A DNA stretch of 64,000 nucleotides from Rebecca billardiae RCC1528 (Eukaryota > Protista > Haptophyta), in NCBI GenBank assembly GCA_965240325.2, contig OZ251245.1, forward strand, positions 248,001 to 312,000, read 5' to 3'. The notes beneath the pieces are model-generated. The model was not told the origin of the DNA and ran no database searches. It was given only the letters and a program-made list of their open reading frames with translations. Both the position numbers and the translations under genes were made by a program. Shown here in pieces: positions 18,166 to 32,203 of this stretch; positions within the stretch are counted from its first letter, which is position 1; each line of letters opens with the position of its first letter.

Positions 18166-21100
18166 ATGCGCGCTGCACTCCTGGCGTGCGCGCTGCTCGC
18201 GTGCGCGCGTGGCGCAGTGTGCGCCTTGGCCGTACGTGGCCCAGTGCACGCGCTGCCTGGGCGCACGGCCGTCCAGCCGCGCGCGCGCGCGCGCGCGTCG
18301 ACGCTGGAGCCAGCGGGCGCCGACAACGACGACGTCGACGAGGACATTGACGACGAGCTCGAGGAGGACGAGGGCGCAATCGTGGGCGTCGCGACGACGC
18401 CAAGTCCCATCGGCCGGCTCCGCGAGGTTGACGTGTGCGACGAGATGCAGAGCTCTTACCTCTCGTACGCGATGAGCGTGATCCTGTCTCGCGCGCTGCC
18501 GGACATCCGCGACGGCCTGAAGCCGGTGCAGCGGCGGATCCTGTACGCGATGGACCAGCTCAGCCTCACGCCGGGCGGGCGGTACCGCAAGTGCGCCCGC
18601 GTCGTCGGCGAGGTGCTGGGCAAGTACCACCCGCACGGCGACACGTCCGTGTACGACGCGCTCGTCCGGATGGCGCAGCCGTTTAATGTCCGGTGCGCGC
18701 GCTCGGCCTCGGGCGCGCGTGCGTGCGCGCGCGCGTGCGCGTGCGTGCCTGCCCTCGGGTGTGCGTGCGTGCGCGCGGGTGCGACCACGCTTCGAGCGTG
18801 TGCGCGGCCGCGCACGCTGCACGCTGAGCCGTGGGCGCGGGTGCCGCGCGCGGCGCGAGCGCGCGCGCCGCCGCCGCGTCTGACCCCGCGCTGCCCCCGC
18901 CTGGGCCGTGTGCGTGCGTGCGCCCGCGCGCGCTCGCGCGTGTGCCAGCCTGACGCTCGTGGACGGGCACGGCAACTTTGGCTCGCAGGACCCGGACCCG
19001 CCCGCTGCCATGCGCTACACGGAGTGCAAGCTCACACGCGGTGCGCGCGCGCCCGCGCCCGCGGCGGCGGGCCGAGCGTGCCGCTCAGGCGGCGGCGCGC
19101 GGGCTCAGGCTGGGCGGTGGACCCGTGCGGCTCGCGCGCGTGCCGCGCGCGCGGGCGCGCTCGGCTCGCCGCGCGCGCCGCCGCGATTGACGCGTGCGCG
19201 TGCGCCCCCGCGCGCCTCGACGCCTCCGCCCTTGGCCACGCCGCGACCGCCTCGCCCTCCCGCCTCCCCCGCGCCCGTCACCCGCGCGCGCGCTACGCCG
19301 CGGATGTCTGTGCCTGCCCGCACGTCGCGCGGCGCTGGCTCCGGCCCCGGCAGTCGCGGCCGAGGGCCTGCTCGCAGAGACGGCGATGCAGACGGTTCCG
19401 TTTGGCGACAACTTTGACGCGTCGGAGACGGAGCCGCTCGTGCTCCCGGCGAAGCTGCCGATGCTGCTGATCAACGGCGCCGTGGGCATCGCGGTCGGTA
19501 TGGCTACGTCAATCCCGCCACACAACCCCACCGAGCTGCTCGACGCGACCGTCGCGCTGCTGAATGACGAAACGCTCGGCGACGAGGCGCTGCTCGGGAT
19601 CGTGCGCGCGCCCGACTTCCCCACCGGCGGTGAGCTCCTGGGACTTGACGGCGTGAAGGCGCTGTACAGCACTGGCCAGGGCGTGATGCAGCTGCGGGGG
19701 AAGGTTCGCACAGAGCAGCTTGGCCGTGGGCGCGGCGGCGGCGCGGCCGACGGCGGCGCCGAGCGCGGCGGCGGCGTGGGCTCGGCCGGCGCGGGCGCGG
19801 CGCGCGGCGGCACGCCGCGGCACGCGCTCGTCGTGAGCGAGCTTCCGTACGCCGTGACGAAGAACGCGTTCATCACCAAGGTGGCCGACCTCGTGCAGGC
19901 CGGACGGCTCGCCGGCGTCGCCGAGATCCGCGACGAGTCCGACCGCGACGGCATGCGCGTCGTGCTGGAGCTCAAGCGAGACGCGAACCCGGCGGTTGTG
20001 ACGAACCACGTGCTGAAGGCGACGCCGCTGCAGTCGTCGTTTGCCGGGAATCTGCTCGCGCTCACGCAGGACGGGCGGCAGCCCGCGCGCGTCTCTCTGC
20101 GCACCGCGCTGCTCGAGTTCGTCACCTTTCGCAAGCTCACCACCCGCCGGCGCGCCCAGTTCGAGAAAGATCGCGCGCGCTCGCGGCTGCACGTGACCGT
20201 GGGCCTGACCGCGGCACTGCGGGACATTGACACGGTTGTCGGCATCCTGCGAGGGGCGAAGACGCTCGAGGCGGCGCGGGAGGCGCTCACCGGGCCCGAC
20301 CCGCCGCTCGCGCCGCTGCCGAGCGCCAGGCTGCTCACCGAAGCCACCGCGAACGTGCGCCGCGCCGCGGCGACACCGGCCGCCGCGCCGCCGCCGCCGG
20401 GCGCGGGCGCGCCGGTAGCGTCCGCAGCGCCCGCAGCCTCCGGCGCCGCCGCGCCCGCCCCGAGCGGAGCGGCCGCCGAGCTCTCCGCCGCCGTGGGCTC
20501 GCTCTCGGTGGTGCAGGCGGACGCGATCCTCGCGATGCCGCTGCGCAGGCTCACCGGGCTCGAGGCCGAGGCGCTCGAGCAGGAGTGCCAGGCCCTCGCC
20601 GCCTCGATCGACCGCCTCAACACGCTGCTAACTGACGACGCCGTGTTGGTGCAGACTCTCGTCGACGAGGCCGCGGCGATGCGCGCGGCATTCGGCTGCG
20701 AGCGGCGCACGCGGATCAACGAGGCCGACGGCTCCGCGATCCTGACCGACGCCGGTGCGCGCGCCGCGCCGCGCAGCGCCGCGCAGCCGCGCGGCCCGAT
20801 GGCGCCAGGCCGCGCGCGCACTGCCCGCGCGCGCGCCCCGCGCGCCGCGCGCCACGCCGCGCGCCCGCGCCGCGCGCTCACGGCGTGCGCACCCGCCACG
20901 CCCCGCCCCGCCACGATCTCCACGACGCCCTGCGTGGGGGCGGCGCGGCGCACGCGCGCAGACCTGATCTCGAACGAGCGCTGCGCCGTCCTCATGACCG
21001 CGCGCGGCTACGTCAAGCGCATGCTCCTCGAGGATTTCGGCGCGCAGCGGCGCGGCACGCGCGGCAAGGCGGCGGTGGCGTCTGGCGCGATGCGCGATGC

Positions 21101-22241
21101 CGTCGTGGCGTTCTTCGGGTGCCACCAGCACGACATTATCCTGTGCATCACCGAGCGCGGCGTGGCGCACTCGCGCCGCGCGTACGAGCTGCCCAAGGCC
21201 TCGCGCACCGCGCAGGGCACGCCCGTCCACCAGCTGCTCCCCATTCCGCCCAGCGAGAAGGTACAAGGCTTCCTCGCCATCCCAGCCGCTGACCTCAGCC
21301 CTCCGACAGCCGCGGCGGCGGCGGCGGCCATTGCCGCCGAGCAGGAGGAGGAGGCAGAGGAGGAGGAGGCGGCGGAGGAGGAGTCTGGTGGCGCGGAGGT
21401 GGCGGGCGCGGACGACGAGCTCGGGCCCCCGACCCACGGCGGCCCCGGCTCGCTCCTCCTCATCACGCGCCACGGCTTCATCAAGAAAACACCACTGGCA
21501 GCATTTGCTTCCATCACCGCGCGCGGGCTGACGGCGATCAACCTCGGCGAGGGCGACTCGCTGCTGCGCGCGCTGCACTGCCCGGCGGAGATCGGCGCGG
21601 AGGCGTCGGTGATCCTCGCCTCCGCGCACGGCATGGCGATGCGCTTCTCCCTCGCCGACAGCGTGCTCAGGCCCACTGGGCGCACGTCGCGCGGCGTGCG
21701 CGCCATGGCGCTGCGCGAGGGCGACGAGCTCGTGGACGCGGATATTCTCGTGACGGACGTTACGGGCGTAACGGCCGGCGGCGAGGCGGGCGGCGGCGAG
21801 GCGGGCGGCGCGGAGGGCGGCGCGGAGCCGCTCTCCGTCCTCGCGGTCACGGCGAACGGCTTCGGCAAGCGCGTCGCCGCGAGCGCCTTCCGACCGCAGA
21901 ACCGCGGCGGCCGCGGACGGATCGCCATCAAGTTCAAGCCGGCCGGGCGCGCCGCCGGCAGCGGCGACGACCGGCTGGTCGCGCTGCGCGCGTGCACCCC
22001 GCAGGACGAGGTGCTGCTCTCCACGCTCAAGGGCACCGCGGTGCGCCAGGCGGTCGGCGAGATCTCGGAGCAGAGCCGCACCGCGACGGGCGTGCTGCTG
22101 CAGCGGCTGGACGCCGGCGATCGCGTCGCGAACGCGGCCGTCCTGCCTCGCGACTCGGGCGAGGCGGACGGCGAGGTCGGCGGCGACGAGGACGCGGCGG
22201 AGGGCACTGACGACGCGTCCGCCGATGACGACGATGCGTAG
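18166..22241 (+). CDS. gyrA: DNA gyrase subunit A, organelle-targeted
   Basis: [43 protein letters not shown] (catalytic Tyr), GyrA-box QRRGTRG and C-terminal pinwheel repeats. Exons 18166-18692, 18949-19040, 19354-20754, 20962-22241. Start could be 18160. Confidence 0.96.
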
Positions 22242-22373
22242 GAAGTGCCCCGTGAGGACAGAGCACCTCGCGACCTGCCACCATGAGCCTTTATAATACG
22301 CTGTATATGGGGTCGTCGTTTCTGGCTTTCTGCGTCAAAACCGAAAATAGGAGGCCGACCGGCGAGGCGCACG

Positions 22374-22793
22374 ATGAGTGCGCTGCGATCGGCCGATGAT
22401 GTGGTCCTCGACGCCGAGCAAAGCACGCGCGAGCTCATCTCCCAGTTCCAGGAGATGCTGCGGCTTGCGCGCGTCGGTGAGCAGCCGCACGACGCTGAGA
22501 CGTTGCAGATCCAGCACCTCACCGAGGCGATGGCCCAGAGCGCACGGCTGCTCGAGGACGTGCTCTCGCAGCTCAAGTACGCAGCGCTCAGAAGAGATTC
22601 TGCTGAGACGAGCCGGCAGGTGGAGGCCACGGCGGCCGAGTACGACGCGATGTCCGCAGCGCATGCATCCGAGCTTGAACGAATTGCGTCCGAGGTGGCT
22701 GCCACCATTCGTGAGCTCGAAGAGCACCTGCTCAGCGCCCCGCATGCTTCTCTCGAGGCTGCGCACGAGGTTCGTGCCGACGGCGCCGCGTAA
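22374..22793 (+). CDS. MED22: Mediator subunit Med22-like protein
   Basis: 139 aa helical protein; the pattern F.E.LRLARV...L...LSQLK..AL..D...I.ELEE resembles Med22. Confidence 0.65.
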   Translation: MSALRSADDVVLDAEQSTRELISQFQEMLRLARVGEQPHDAETLQIQHLTEAMAQSARLLEDVLSQLKYAALRRDSAETSRQVEATAAEYDAMSAAHASELERIASEVAATIRELEEHLLSAPHASLEAAHEVRADGAA

Positions 22794-23281
22794 TCTTAGG
22801 AGCAATGCGATGTCACGCTAAAACGAGCAGGAGGTGGCGTCTTTACGGATATGTTGTTATCGTTCAACTGCGAGAGGATACAGTGCAGCGGGCCGCCCGA
22901 CGGTTCCGGTGGGGTCGGTGCCGCCCGGGCCGCCGCGGGCGCGGGCCGCCGCGCGCGCCGCCGCGCTCGCCGGGGGCGCTGCGGGCGGCCAGCGCGGCCC
23001 GAGGCCGCCGAGCCGGCGGCCCGCGCCCGCCCGGCGGCCCGCCAACTGGCGCCGGCCCGGGTGCTGGCGCCAGAGTTGAGCTGCGAGAGCTTGCGGAAGG
23101 TGATGACGAACTGAGCATGAACGTACGCTTCGGCCCGAGGCCGATGCGAGTTCATGATGCGGGTCATTGTGCTTCTTGTCTATTTCTTTGTTCTTGCGGT
23201 CCGGTCGGAGAAAAGACGATGGCAAATACGGACGCCGTATTCTGGCGAGGGCGTCAGTGCGTGCGCAAACGCGGGACCAGC

Positions 23282-24631
23282 ATGGGGTCTTTCGCGTCGC
23301 GAGCAGCCGATGATGCGGAGGAGGATGAGCTTTTGCCGGGGAGCGGCACGACGGGCGTCTCGCCCAAGCGCTGGTGCATGCCCTCGCTCGCCCAGTCCAC
23401 TCGCTGGCTCCTTGCGTGCGCACTAGCCGCCGCGTGCTTCGGCATGATGGGTTGGGCCGCATCGGCGCTGCTTGCATCTGCGGATGGCGAACCGCCACCT
23501 CCAGAGCCGATCACCCTCACCTCGACTGGGTGTGTCCCACGCGCTCAGCTGCGGCTCGAGCGGACTCCCGACGCGCACGGCTGGCTGGGAGGCCGCACCC
23601 AGCGGCCGACGGTGGGCTTTGTGATCGGGTGCACGGGGAAGTACAGCCGCGGCTGGTCGTACAGGTGCGTAGCCGCGATTGAGTCGCTCGTGCTCATAGG
23701 CGGCTGGTACGGCCCCGTGTACCTGCTCTCCGACTCGGGCACGTGCTTCGACGAAGGCCGGCTGCGGGCACTCACCGGCAGCGCCCAGATCCACGTCGTG
23801 ACCGACGTGTTCAGCCGACTGGGCGCCGAGGTCTCGACATTGCTGGTCCAGCACGAGGCGGGCGGCCGCGGCGGCGCGCTCAAGGCGCTCATGCACGAGG
23901 TGGTGCCGGCGGAGGGCGCGCCGGAGATCCTCGTGTGGCACGACGCCGACCACGTCTTCGCTGTGCCGGGCTGCGTCGCGCGCATGGTGCGCGACGTGCC
24001 CCTCCACTTCCACGCCGGGCAGAGGCTGCTGGTCGGCCGCTGGGTGCAGCGCTGCATCAAGTGCAAAAAGAATTGCGGGTACCACGGCGGCGGGCGGTGC
24101 GGCGAGCGCGTGCACATCGGCACGCTCGCGTCGCACCGCGAGTGGTCGCGCGAGCTGATGCGCGATTGGACGCGCCGGCTGATCGCCGAGCCGACCATCG
24201 CCGACTACATCCCGCTGTGGGAGGCCGTGAAGGCAAACCACACGCCGGTAGCGGAGCTGCCTGCGGAGTTCAAGGACATCTTCTGGAACGCGAGGCCGGA
24301 CAACGACACGCGCACGATGCGCGCGTGCATCAACCACGTGTCGGGCGGACGATGCGCGGCCAACGGCAAGCTCGAGAATGGCCTGCACAAGATCAGAGAC
24401 TTCTTCAGCTCGCTCTGCCTCCCTGTGTACTTCACCAGCCCCGAGAGAAACGCCGAGTGCAAGATGCCGGAGCCCCACCATCCGAGCCGCCCCGGCCCGC
24501 ACGCCTCGAGCTCGTCGAGCAGCATGGACGCGCCGTTAGCGCTGCCCACTGGCTTTGCGACGCGATGGTGCGACGGCCGCCCAGACAGCGTTGAGCCGCC
24601 AGACCGTCGGATGCGCCGACTGGATTATTGA
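23282..24631 (+). CDS. Type II membrane protein, putative GT-A-fold glycosyltransferase
   Basis: Single N-terminal TM (WLLACALAAACFGMMGWAASALL), Pro-rich stem and DxD motif (VWHDADH). Start uncertain (alternative 23219). Confidence 0.55.
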   Translation: MGSFASRAADDAEEDELLPGSGTTGVSPKRWCMPSLAQSTRWLLACALAAACFGMMGWAASALLASADGEPPPPEPITLTSTGCVPRAQLRLERTPDAHGWLGGRTQRPTVGFVIGCTGKYSRGWSYRCVAAIESLVLIGGWYGPVYLLSDSGTCFDEGRLRALTGSAQIHVVTDVFSRLGAEVSTLLVQHEAGGRGGALKALMHEVVPAEGAPEILVWHDADHVFAVPGCVARMVRDVPLHFHAGQRLLVGRWVQRCIKCKKNCGYHGGGRCGERVHIGTLASHREWSRELMRDWTRRLIAEPTIADYIPLWEAVKANHTPVAELPAEFKDIFWNARPDNDTRTMRACINHVSGGRCAANGKLENGLHKIRDFFSSLCLPVYFTSPERNAECKMPEPHHPSRPGPHASSSSSSMDAPLALPTGFATRWCDGRPDSVEPPDRRMRRLDY

Positions 24632-24680
24632 CGCGATATAATATATAATAGAATTATTTATTTATTTATTTATGTATATA

Positions 24681-25829
<1,149 letters not shown>

Positions 25830-26054
25830 TATAGTACAGAAAAAGCCGCGGACGGACTGTTTGTCCGGGAGCAGCTCGTTGAGGCCATGGTCCCGATCAT
25901 GGTCCGGTAGAGGGCGATGGTCAGTCGGATGGAGCTGTCAGCTGATACAGTGATAGTGATGAGCGGCGCTGGCGCCTTATTTAGTTATTATGGCGGCGTC
26001 CGTAAAAGTCGTCGCGCGTCCTCTTAGACAATCATTTATTGTATCATATATATA

Positions 26055-29000
26055 TGACCGCGTTCCGCGGTCCTTTTTCCGTAGAACGAACGTAGTTCAG
26101 GGCCCGCGGTGGCGGTGCACCCTCCGTCGCAGTCGTCTATTGACAGACCAGTTGCATATGCCCGTACAACTAGACTCCATCAGCGGCGCGCCGCCGCCCG
26201 CCGCGCCGGGCGGGCCCATTGCAGCCGCCGGCGCGGCGCCGATTGTGTACAGGCGGATGCGACGAGGCGTGATCGACGCATGAGCGCGACTCCACGTGCA
26301 CACCAGGCCACGCGGAGCTGACAGCCAGGGAGCACGGTGCGGGGCCGCGGATTCGTTCGGGCCGCTGCTGCTGACCGCTGTCCCCGGGGTCACCCCCCGC
26401 GCCGGCAGCGCCCGGGAGTAGGGCTGGAGGAGTAGGGTCCGAGTAGGGTTCGACCAGCGCCTGCGCGACGGCCGACAGGCGGGCGCGAGGCGTGATCGAC
26501 GCATGAGCGCAACTCTACGTGCACGCCAGGCCACGCGGAGCTGACAGCCCGAGGGAGCACGGTGCCGAGGTGCGAGGGCACCGGTGATCCGGTTCGCGCA
26601 CTCGCCGCGCGTGCACGGGCAGCTGACACACCTCGATCAGGCTCGGCACGCGTTGCAGAGGCACGGCCAGCTCTGGGGACGTCACGCACCACCGTCGCCC
26701 GCGCAGCTCGTCCTCCTCGTAGAGTACCGTTCAGTTCCGAGGCGTAGCCCTCGCTCAGAGTCGACCGACGATGGACTCGGATCGTCGGCGCGCCTGCTCT
26801 CTCTCAATCAAGAAGAGTTCTGGGAGACCCCGGAAAGGCATGGCAAGGGCGGCGCGTGGTGAAGTCGAAGGCTCAGAGATCGATCAGTCCGGCATCAGGC
26901 GCCGCTGCCCCCGAGCTTGCGAGAGCCCGAACACAGGGCGGCGGCTGCGGCGCCGGCTCGCGGACACGCCGGGGCCGCGCAAGGCCGCGCCGAGGCATCG
27001 ACAGGGCGGCAGGGGCGGCGGGGGCGCGCGGAGTGAGCGGGGGCACGACGAACGCGATGTCGACGGCAGTCGGGACCCGCCGCAGCCGCGCGCTCCAGGC
27101 GCCATTCGCCGCGCGCACCTGCCCATCGCCGTCCTCACCCGTCGGTCGTTCGTGAGCCTCGTGCCCGTGGCTCGCCTCCAAACGCGGGCCACCTCTGGTG
27201 GGCCGCCGCCCGGGGCCACGCGCGCGCCCAACCAAGTCCGTTCGCGTCAGATAGTATTGAGATTCGCCGAGGTTGGCCCATCGGCTACTGACCCTTGCCT
27301 CGTCGGCTCCTGATACAGACACGGCGCGATTGAATAGTTGATTCAACTGATTCAAGGGACGTACATGGTCACATCGGTTGCTGCAATCTCATTGGCCGGA
27401 AAAATCGCTTGTAACGGTTCGTTACGTTAGGGATCCTAAAGGGCGTGAAGTTTTTTGGACGGGCGTCACTCCACGCTTTACTATGAACTTGCCGTGGGCG
27501 CGACCTTTTTCGACGCTAATGCACCTGTAAGGGAGTCTCAAATTCGAAACTCGGTCTCCTCCAGCCATGAAAATCGTCCCCCGTCCCTTTTTTCTTGATC
27601 AAAGATCTTTTTGAAACGTTGTTCGGGCCCGCTGGTGCGGGCTCCACGCTGCGCGCTCCGCCCTGCACCGCGGCCGCCATGAAGGGATTGTTTTGAATAG
27701 CGCTGGTTACTGAACCAAGTTACCCGCCTGCCTCGATGGATGAACCTCCTTTGCCATATGAAAGAATAAAAATGGGTTACCCGCCCGCCAGCGTCTCGCG
27801 ACGAGGACGGGTGCCCAAGCGGCAAACACGCACATGGCATGATCATCGGCATCGCCGTCGGCGGGCCCATCTTCGGCCGGCTCGAGCTGATGCACATCAC
27901 GACGCTCAAGCAGGCGCTGTCCGTACCGACGTTGGCGCGCCTCCAGCGGATGGTCGACAAAGCACCCGTGGGCGAAGGAGGACCACAATCATGGCCGAGT
28001 CATCGGAGACGTCGCTGACCTCGCGGCTTCAAACATCAACCGCTCAGCCGGTTCAGGTTGCCACCGCGGCCGAGCGGTGCGCGCTCGCCACCGCGGCCGG
28101 CGCTGTGCACGGGCGTGCTGAGCCCGGGCCGCGTGAGCTCGCCCACCTCGCCCGGCGCGCACGCCGACGCCGCCATCGCGGCTCGGCGGCCGGACTCATC
28201 TCGGCCCGCAGCGCGTGCGTTCCCCCGCGGCGGCGCGCGCCGCCGTCGCCGCCGCGCAGGCCGTGCACTCGGTGGATGAGGAGACGGCCCTGCTGCGCGC
28301 GGAGCGCTGCGCGCCGCGCGCTGCTCCTGCTGCGGCGCGCAGTAGTCCGCTCGTCCGCCCCGCGGGCTCGCCACGGAGCCGACGAGCGCGATGACGACAA
28401 TCGAATGAGCACGAGTGCGCACGGAGGCGCTGGGCGCCGAGCTGGCGAAGCGCGGCGCCGAGCTCGACGCGCTGCGCGACGCGGCGCCGACGGACGCGCT
28501 GGGCGCGCGCGGCGCCCTCGTCGCGACGCCCCGTGCAGCAGCTCGAGCAGCCAGCTGTGGAGTAGACGGCCGTCGACTCGAGGGCGCCACCGCGCCGGGT
28601 GAGTAGTGAGCACGCACAGGCTCCGCCTCGGTCGGAGGCTGGCTGGCCGCCGCCGTGGCTTCGAGGCCGACGCGGCGGAGGAGGCGGCGGGCGAGCACGG
28701 TGGCGCGGTGGAGCAGGCGCGCACGCGCGGCGGCAGGCGCGACCCGCCGCTCGCCTCGTTCCACCCCGAGCTCCGCTCGGTCTCGCCTCTCGGTGCGCGG
28801 CTGCGCAGCGCCGTGAGCGCAGGCTGGGGCCGCTGGGGGTGGGGCCAGCAGAGTGGTGCGCGCTCTCGCTCTGCCGGCACGAGGCGCGCCGGCTGAGCGA
28901 CCAGCGGCCCGTCGTCGAGCGCGTGGCGCAGCGCGAGCACCTCAAGGCAGGCTCGCCCTGCGCGCGCGCGCCGCTGCCCCGGCCGCCGTCCGTACTTCTT

Positions 29001-29146
29001 CACGCCGCGGCGGGCCCGCGGCGACAGTCCTCATCGGCCCGCCATGTTGACCAGACTGAGACAGCAGCCGACGGAGGGTGCACCGCCCGCGGGCGCGCGG
29101 GCCCCTAACTACGTTGGTTCTACGGAAGGACCGCGGAACGCGGTCA
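26055..29146. mobile_element. About 3.1 kb TIR element with about 85 bp imperfect TIRs, TA-flanked, no intact transposase seen
   Basis: TGACCGCGTTCCGCGGTCC...GGTGCACCCTCCGTCG (26055-26138) is an inverted match to about 29060-29146. Internal about 75 bp direct repeat at about 26265-26340 and 26487-26564. Confidence 0.8.
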
Positions 29147-29350
29147 TAATAACCCCACGTATATTATGCAGCCCGCGGCCGGACCGGCCGATGTCCCTGA
29201 ATGAAAAATCCCGCCGACGATGACCCGCGTCGCGCGGCCCGGCCCCCGCCCCCGGCCCTGAAGCCTGCGGCCCCTCCACGGGTGACTGCGAGTGCGGTCA
29301 GCCGGGCCCCGCCGCGCCTCGCGGCCTCGCCGATATATATTATATATATA

Positions 29351-30525
29351 TATATTATTTATAATTATAATAATATTTATTCGCTAGTAGTTACTGATGC
29401 GTCCGTGTAGTCGGTCCAACGGCATCCGGTCCCAACATGAATATAACGCGATGAACAGGCGGCAACATATCATCCACCGCCTGCTTGTGCTTTGAGCCCG
29501 CCTGCCTCCAAGCTGGCGTGAGACGGCAGCGAACTCTTGTCCAGCGCCTTGGCGGCCACTGCGAGGGAGTTCTCCTCGCCGTAGACGCCGCCGCCAGCCA
29601 TGAAGCGCAGAAGGATCCGGATCAGCGCGTTGTACCACTCGCGGCTCAGCCTGTTCCAGCGTGCGTCGTCGATCTCCGGCCCTTTGATCGTCTGGTCGAT
29701 GTGGATCACATGGCACCGCTGCTTGCTCGTCCGGAGCCGGTTGAAGTTGCAGAAGAAGCGCGACGAGCGCTTCTCCTCATCCCACGCCCGGATGCGCACG
29801 CTCGCGGCCGCGACGCACGGGAGCGACATGTTGAGCTCGTGCGACAGCTTGGGCGGGAAGTGGCGGATGTCGCGGTACGAGGCGCGCGTGAAGAGCGACA
29901 GGCGAGCGCGCGCGCGCCCGGGCCAGACAGGCACCCCTTATTATTTATTTATAATTATAATAATATTTATTCGCTAGTAGTTACTGATGCGTCCGTGTAG
30001 TCGGTCCAACGGCATCCGGTCCCAACATGAATATAACGCGATGAACAGGCGGCAACATATCATCCACCGCCTGCTTGTGCTTTGAGCCCGCCTGCCTCCA
30101 AGCTGGCGTGAGACGGCAGCGAACTCTTGTCCAGCGCCTTGGCGGCCACTGCGAGGGAGTTCTCCTCGCCGTAGACGCCGCCGCCAGCCATGAAGCGCAG
30201 AAGGATCCGGATCAGCGCGTTGTACCACTCGCGGCTCAGCCTGTTCCAGCGTGCGTCGTCGATCTCCGGCCCTTTGATCGTCTGGTCGATGTGGATCACA
30301 TGGCACCGCTGCTTGCTCGTCCGGAGCCGGTTGAAGTTGCAGAAGAAGCGCGACGAGCGCTTCTCCTCATCCCACGCCCGGATGCGCACGCTCGCGGCCG
30401 CGACGCACGGGAGCGACATGTTGAGCTCGTGCGACAGCTTGGGCGGGAAGTGGCGGATGTCGCGGTACGAGGCGCGCGTGAAGAGCGACTCGAGCGCGCG
30501 CGCGCCCGGGCCAGACAGGCACCCC
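29351..30525 (+). repeat. About 590 bp near-perfect tandem duplication covering the 3' end and 3' flank of the GT34-like gene
   Basis: About 29351-29937 matches about 29941-30525 at an offset of 590; ORFs 29384..29716 and 29974..30306 are identical. Confidence 0.95.
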
Positions 30526-31499
30526 TCCTGCACGAGGGATTGGATCACGGCATCCCAGAGCCCGAGCTGGTCGTACGAGCCGCAGCGCTTGTGCAGCCAG
30601 CGCAGCAGCAGCTCGCGCGCGCGCGCGTCGTCGCGCACGGCCAGCTCGCACGAGCACGCGAACCACGGGTACGCCCGGAAATTACTCGTGAACGCGAAGG
30701 GCAGATAGGTGCTTGCGCTCCCGGGGAATGCGCGGCTGAGCAGGCCGCCGGCCGGGAGCGGGCGGGCGAAGGCAGCGTCGACGTCGAGCCAGATCGCGCC
30801 GGTGGTGTGCGGCTCGTCGAGCGCGAGCAGTAGCGCCGCGATGCGCGAGTGGTGCCCCGCGATCGCCCGCTGCCCGCTGCGCAAGTTCTCCGTCGGCGTG
30901 AGCTCGCACGGCTTCGGGACCTTGGCGATCGGCGCCGGCTGCGCGCCGTGCCACGTGTAGAGCTCCACGCCGGCGGCGCGGGCGAAGAGCACCTTGTTCT
31001 GCAGGAAGGGCCACCACGCGATCGTGTACGGCAGCGAGTCGGCGCCCGTCACCAGCGCCACGTCGCGGCGGCGCTTGCGCCCTCGCCCAAGCGCTTGTGA
31101 GGTGCCACGCCGATTGAGCGCGCGATGCCCGTGCACGACGCGCGCGAACACGAACTTGGCGAGCCGGCCGTGCGGCGCGCGGCCGGCGAGCGCGTCCAGG
31201 TACGTGTACGACGCGGTCGAGCCGTCGTCGGAGAAGCGCCAGCGCAGCGCGACCGCCGTGAGGTTGTGGACGTCGGCGGAAGTGTCCACCTCAGCGCGCT
31301 GCAGCGTGGCCGCGAGAGCGCGCCACTCCGCCTCGGGGAACGGCGGCTCGATGAGAGGCCGCCGCCAGCGCGGTGCGTCGGGGAGACCAGTGCGGTTGGT
31401 ACTCGCGTCAGCTCCGCTGCCGCGCACGCGAAGGCCCGTGGCAGAGAGCAATGCCACCAGCGCTAACCTAAGCGCGCGCGCCGACGTTGGGGCCGCCAT
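30060..31499 (-). CDS. Putative glycosyltransferase, GT34 (GMA12/MNN10)-like
   Basis: Signal/anchor peptide; NKVLFARAAG, AIWLDVDA (DxD) and YDQLGLW motifs. Confidence 0.65.
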   Translation of the reverse strand: MAAPTSARALRLALVALLSATGLRVRGSGADASTNRTGLPDAPRWRRPLIEPPFPEAEWRALAATLQRAEVDTSADVHNLTAVALRWRFSDDGSTASYTYLDALAGRAPHGRLAKFVFARVVHGHRALNRRGTSQALGRGRKRRRDVALVTGADSLPYTIAWWPFLQNKVLFARAAGVELYTWHGAQPAPIAKVPKPCELTPTENLRSGQRAIAGHHSRIAALLLALDEPHTTGAIWLDVDAAFARPLPAGGLLSRAFPGSASTYLPFAFTSNFRAYPWFACSCELAVRDDARARELLLRWLHKRCGSYDQLGLWDAVIQSLVQEGCLSGPGARALESLFTRASYRDIRHFPPKLSHELNMSLPCVAAASVRIRAWDEEKRSSRFFCNFNRLRTSKQRCHVIHIDQTIKGPEIDDARWNRLSREWYNALIRILLRFMAGGGVYGEENSLAVAAKALDKSSLPSHASLEAGGLKAQAGGG

Positions 31500-32203
31500 G
31501 GATGCGCGTCGTCTTGTCCGTGCACCGTTCATCGTCCGGAAATTCTTGGAGCTCGGTCGCTGCCACTGCCACGGGGAATGACAATGGCGCGACGACGAAT
31601 TACAGTTTACTATGTTTTAACGTGCACACTTGGTTAAGGCGTGATTGACGCCATCCAACACTGCACAAAGAATTTATTTAAGACACCGCCACAAAACAGA
31701 CCGGCGCAGGCAGGTGAGGGGCGCGTTGCCGCACCTCATCGAGGCGGCCATTGCAGCAAGCGGTAGAAATGCGCTGTTGATCCGAATGAAACTCACGTGT
31801 TGGTATCAGTACAGCAATACGATACGACTAGTAGTTAGTCTGCTGGCGACAGTGATGAGTGAGGGCTCCGAGTGGCGAGTGACAGTCCGAGTGCCCGAGT
31901 GCGCGCGCAGCGCGCCCGATCATGTTGTAATATGTATTCGTCATACGACGACACTGATGACCGAATGTTTATTTCATGCATATGGACAATGATGACCTCC
32001 TGTTATTGGCAGCCCGACCGGCCGGAGCCTAGACCCGCTGGGCCACCGCCGGCGCGGCCTGACAGTGCCCGAATAAACCGCGCGTACGCCTGCATCTGAG
32101 TCCCGGCCGTCGATGTGCGACGTCTCCGTTCTCGCGCCGCACGGCAGCAGGCCTCGGGAGCGCCGTCTCGGTGCAGCCACCGCCTGATGGCGCGCGCGCA
32201 GCC

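Noticed and set aside
20755-20961. Low-complexity in-frame 'insertions' in GyrA, the RCC1 protein (32548-32748) and the UBX protein (50153-50251)
   Set aside because: They have GT...CAG boundaries and lengths divisible by 3, so they are stop-free introns rather than inteins or domains.
18166-22241. gyrA (and fabH) as bacterial contamination or recent HGT
   Set aside because: Both have spliceosomal introns and targeting peptides, as expected for nuclear-encoded organellar enzymes.
27340-27800. AT-richer segment considered as an snRNA or other ncRNA
   Set aside because: No convincing U-snRNA, tRNA or rRNA motif; it lies inside the 3.1 kb element.
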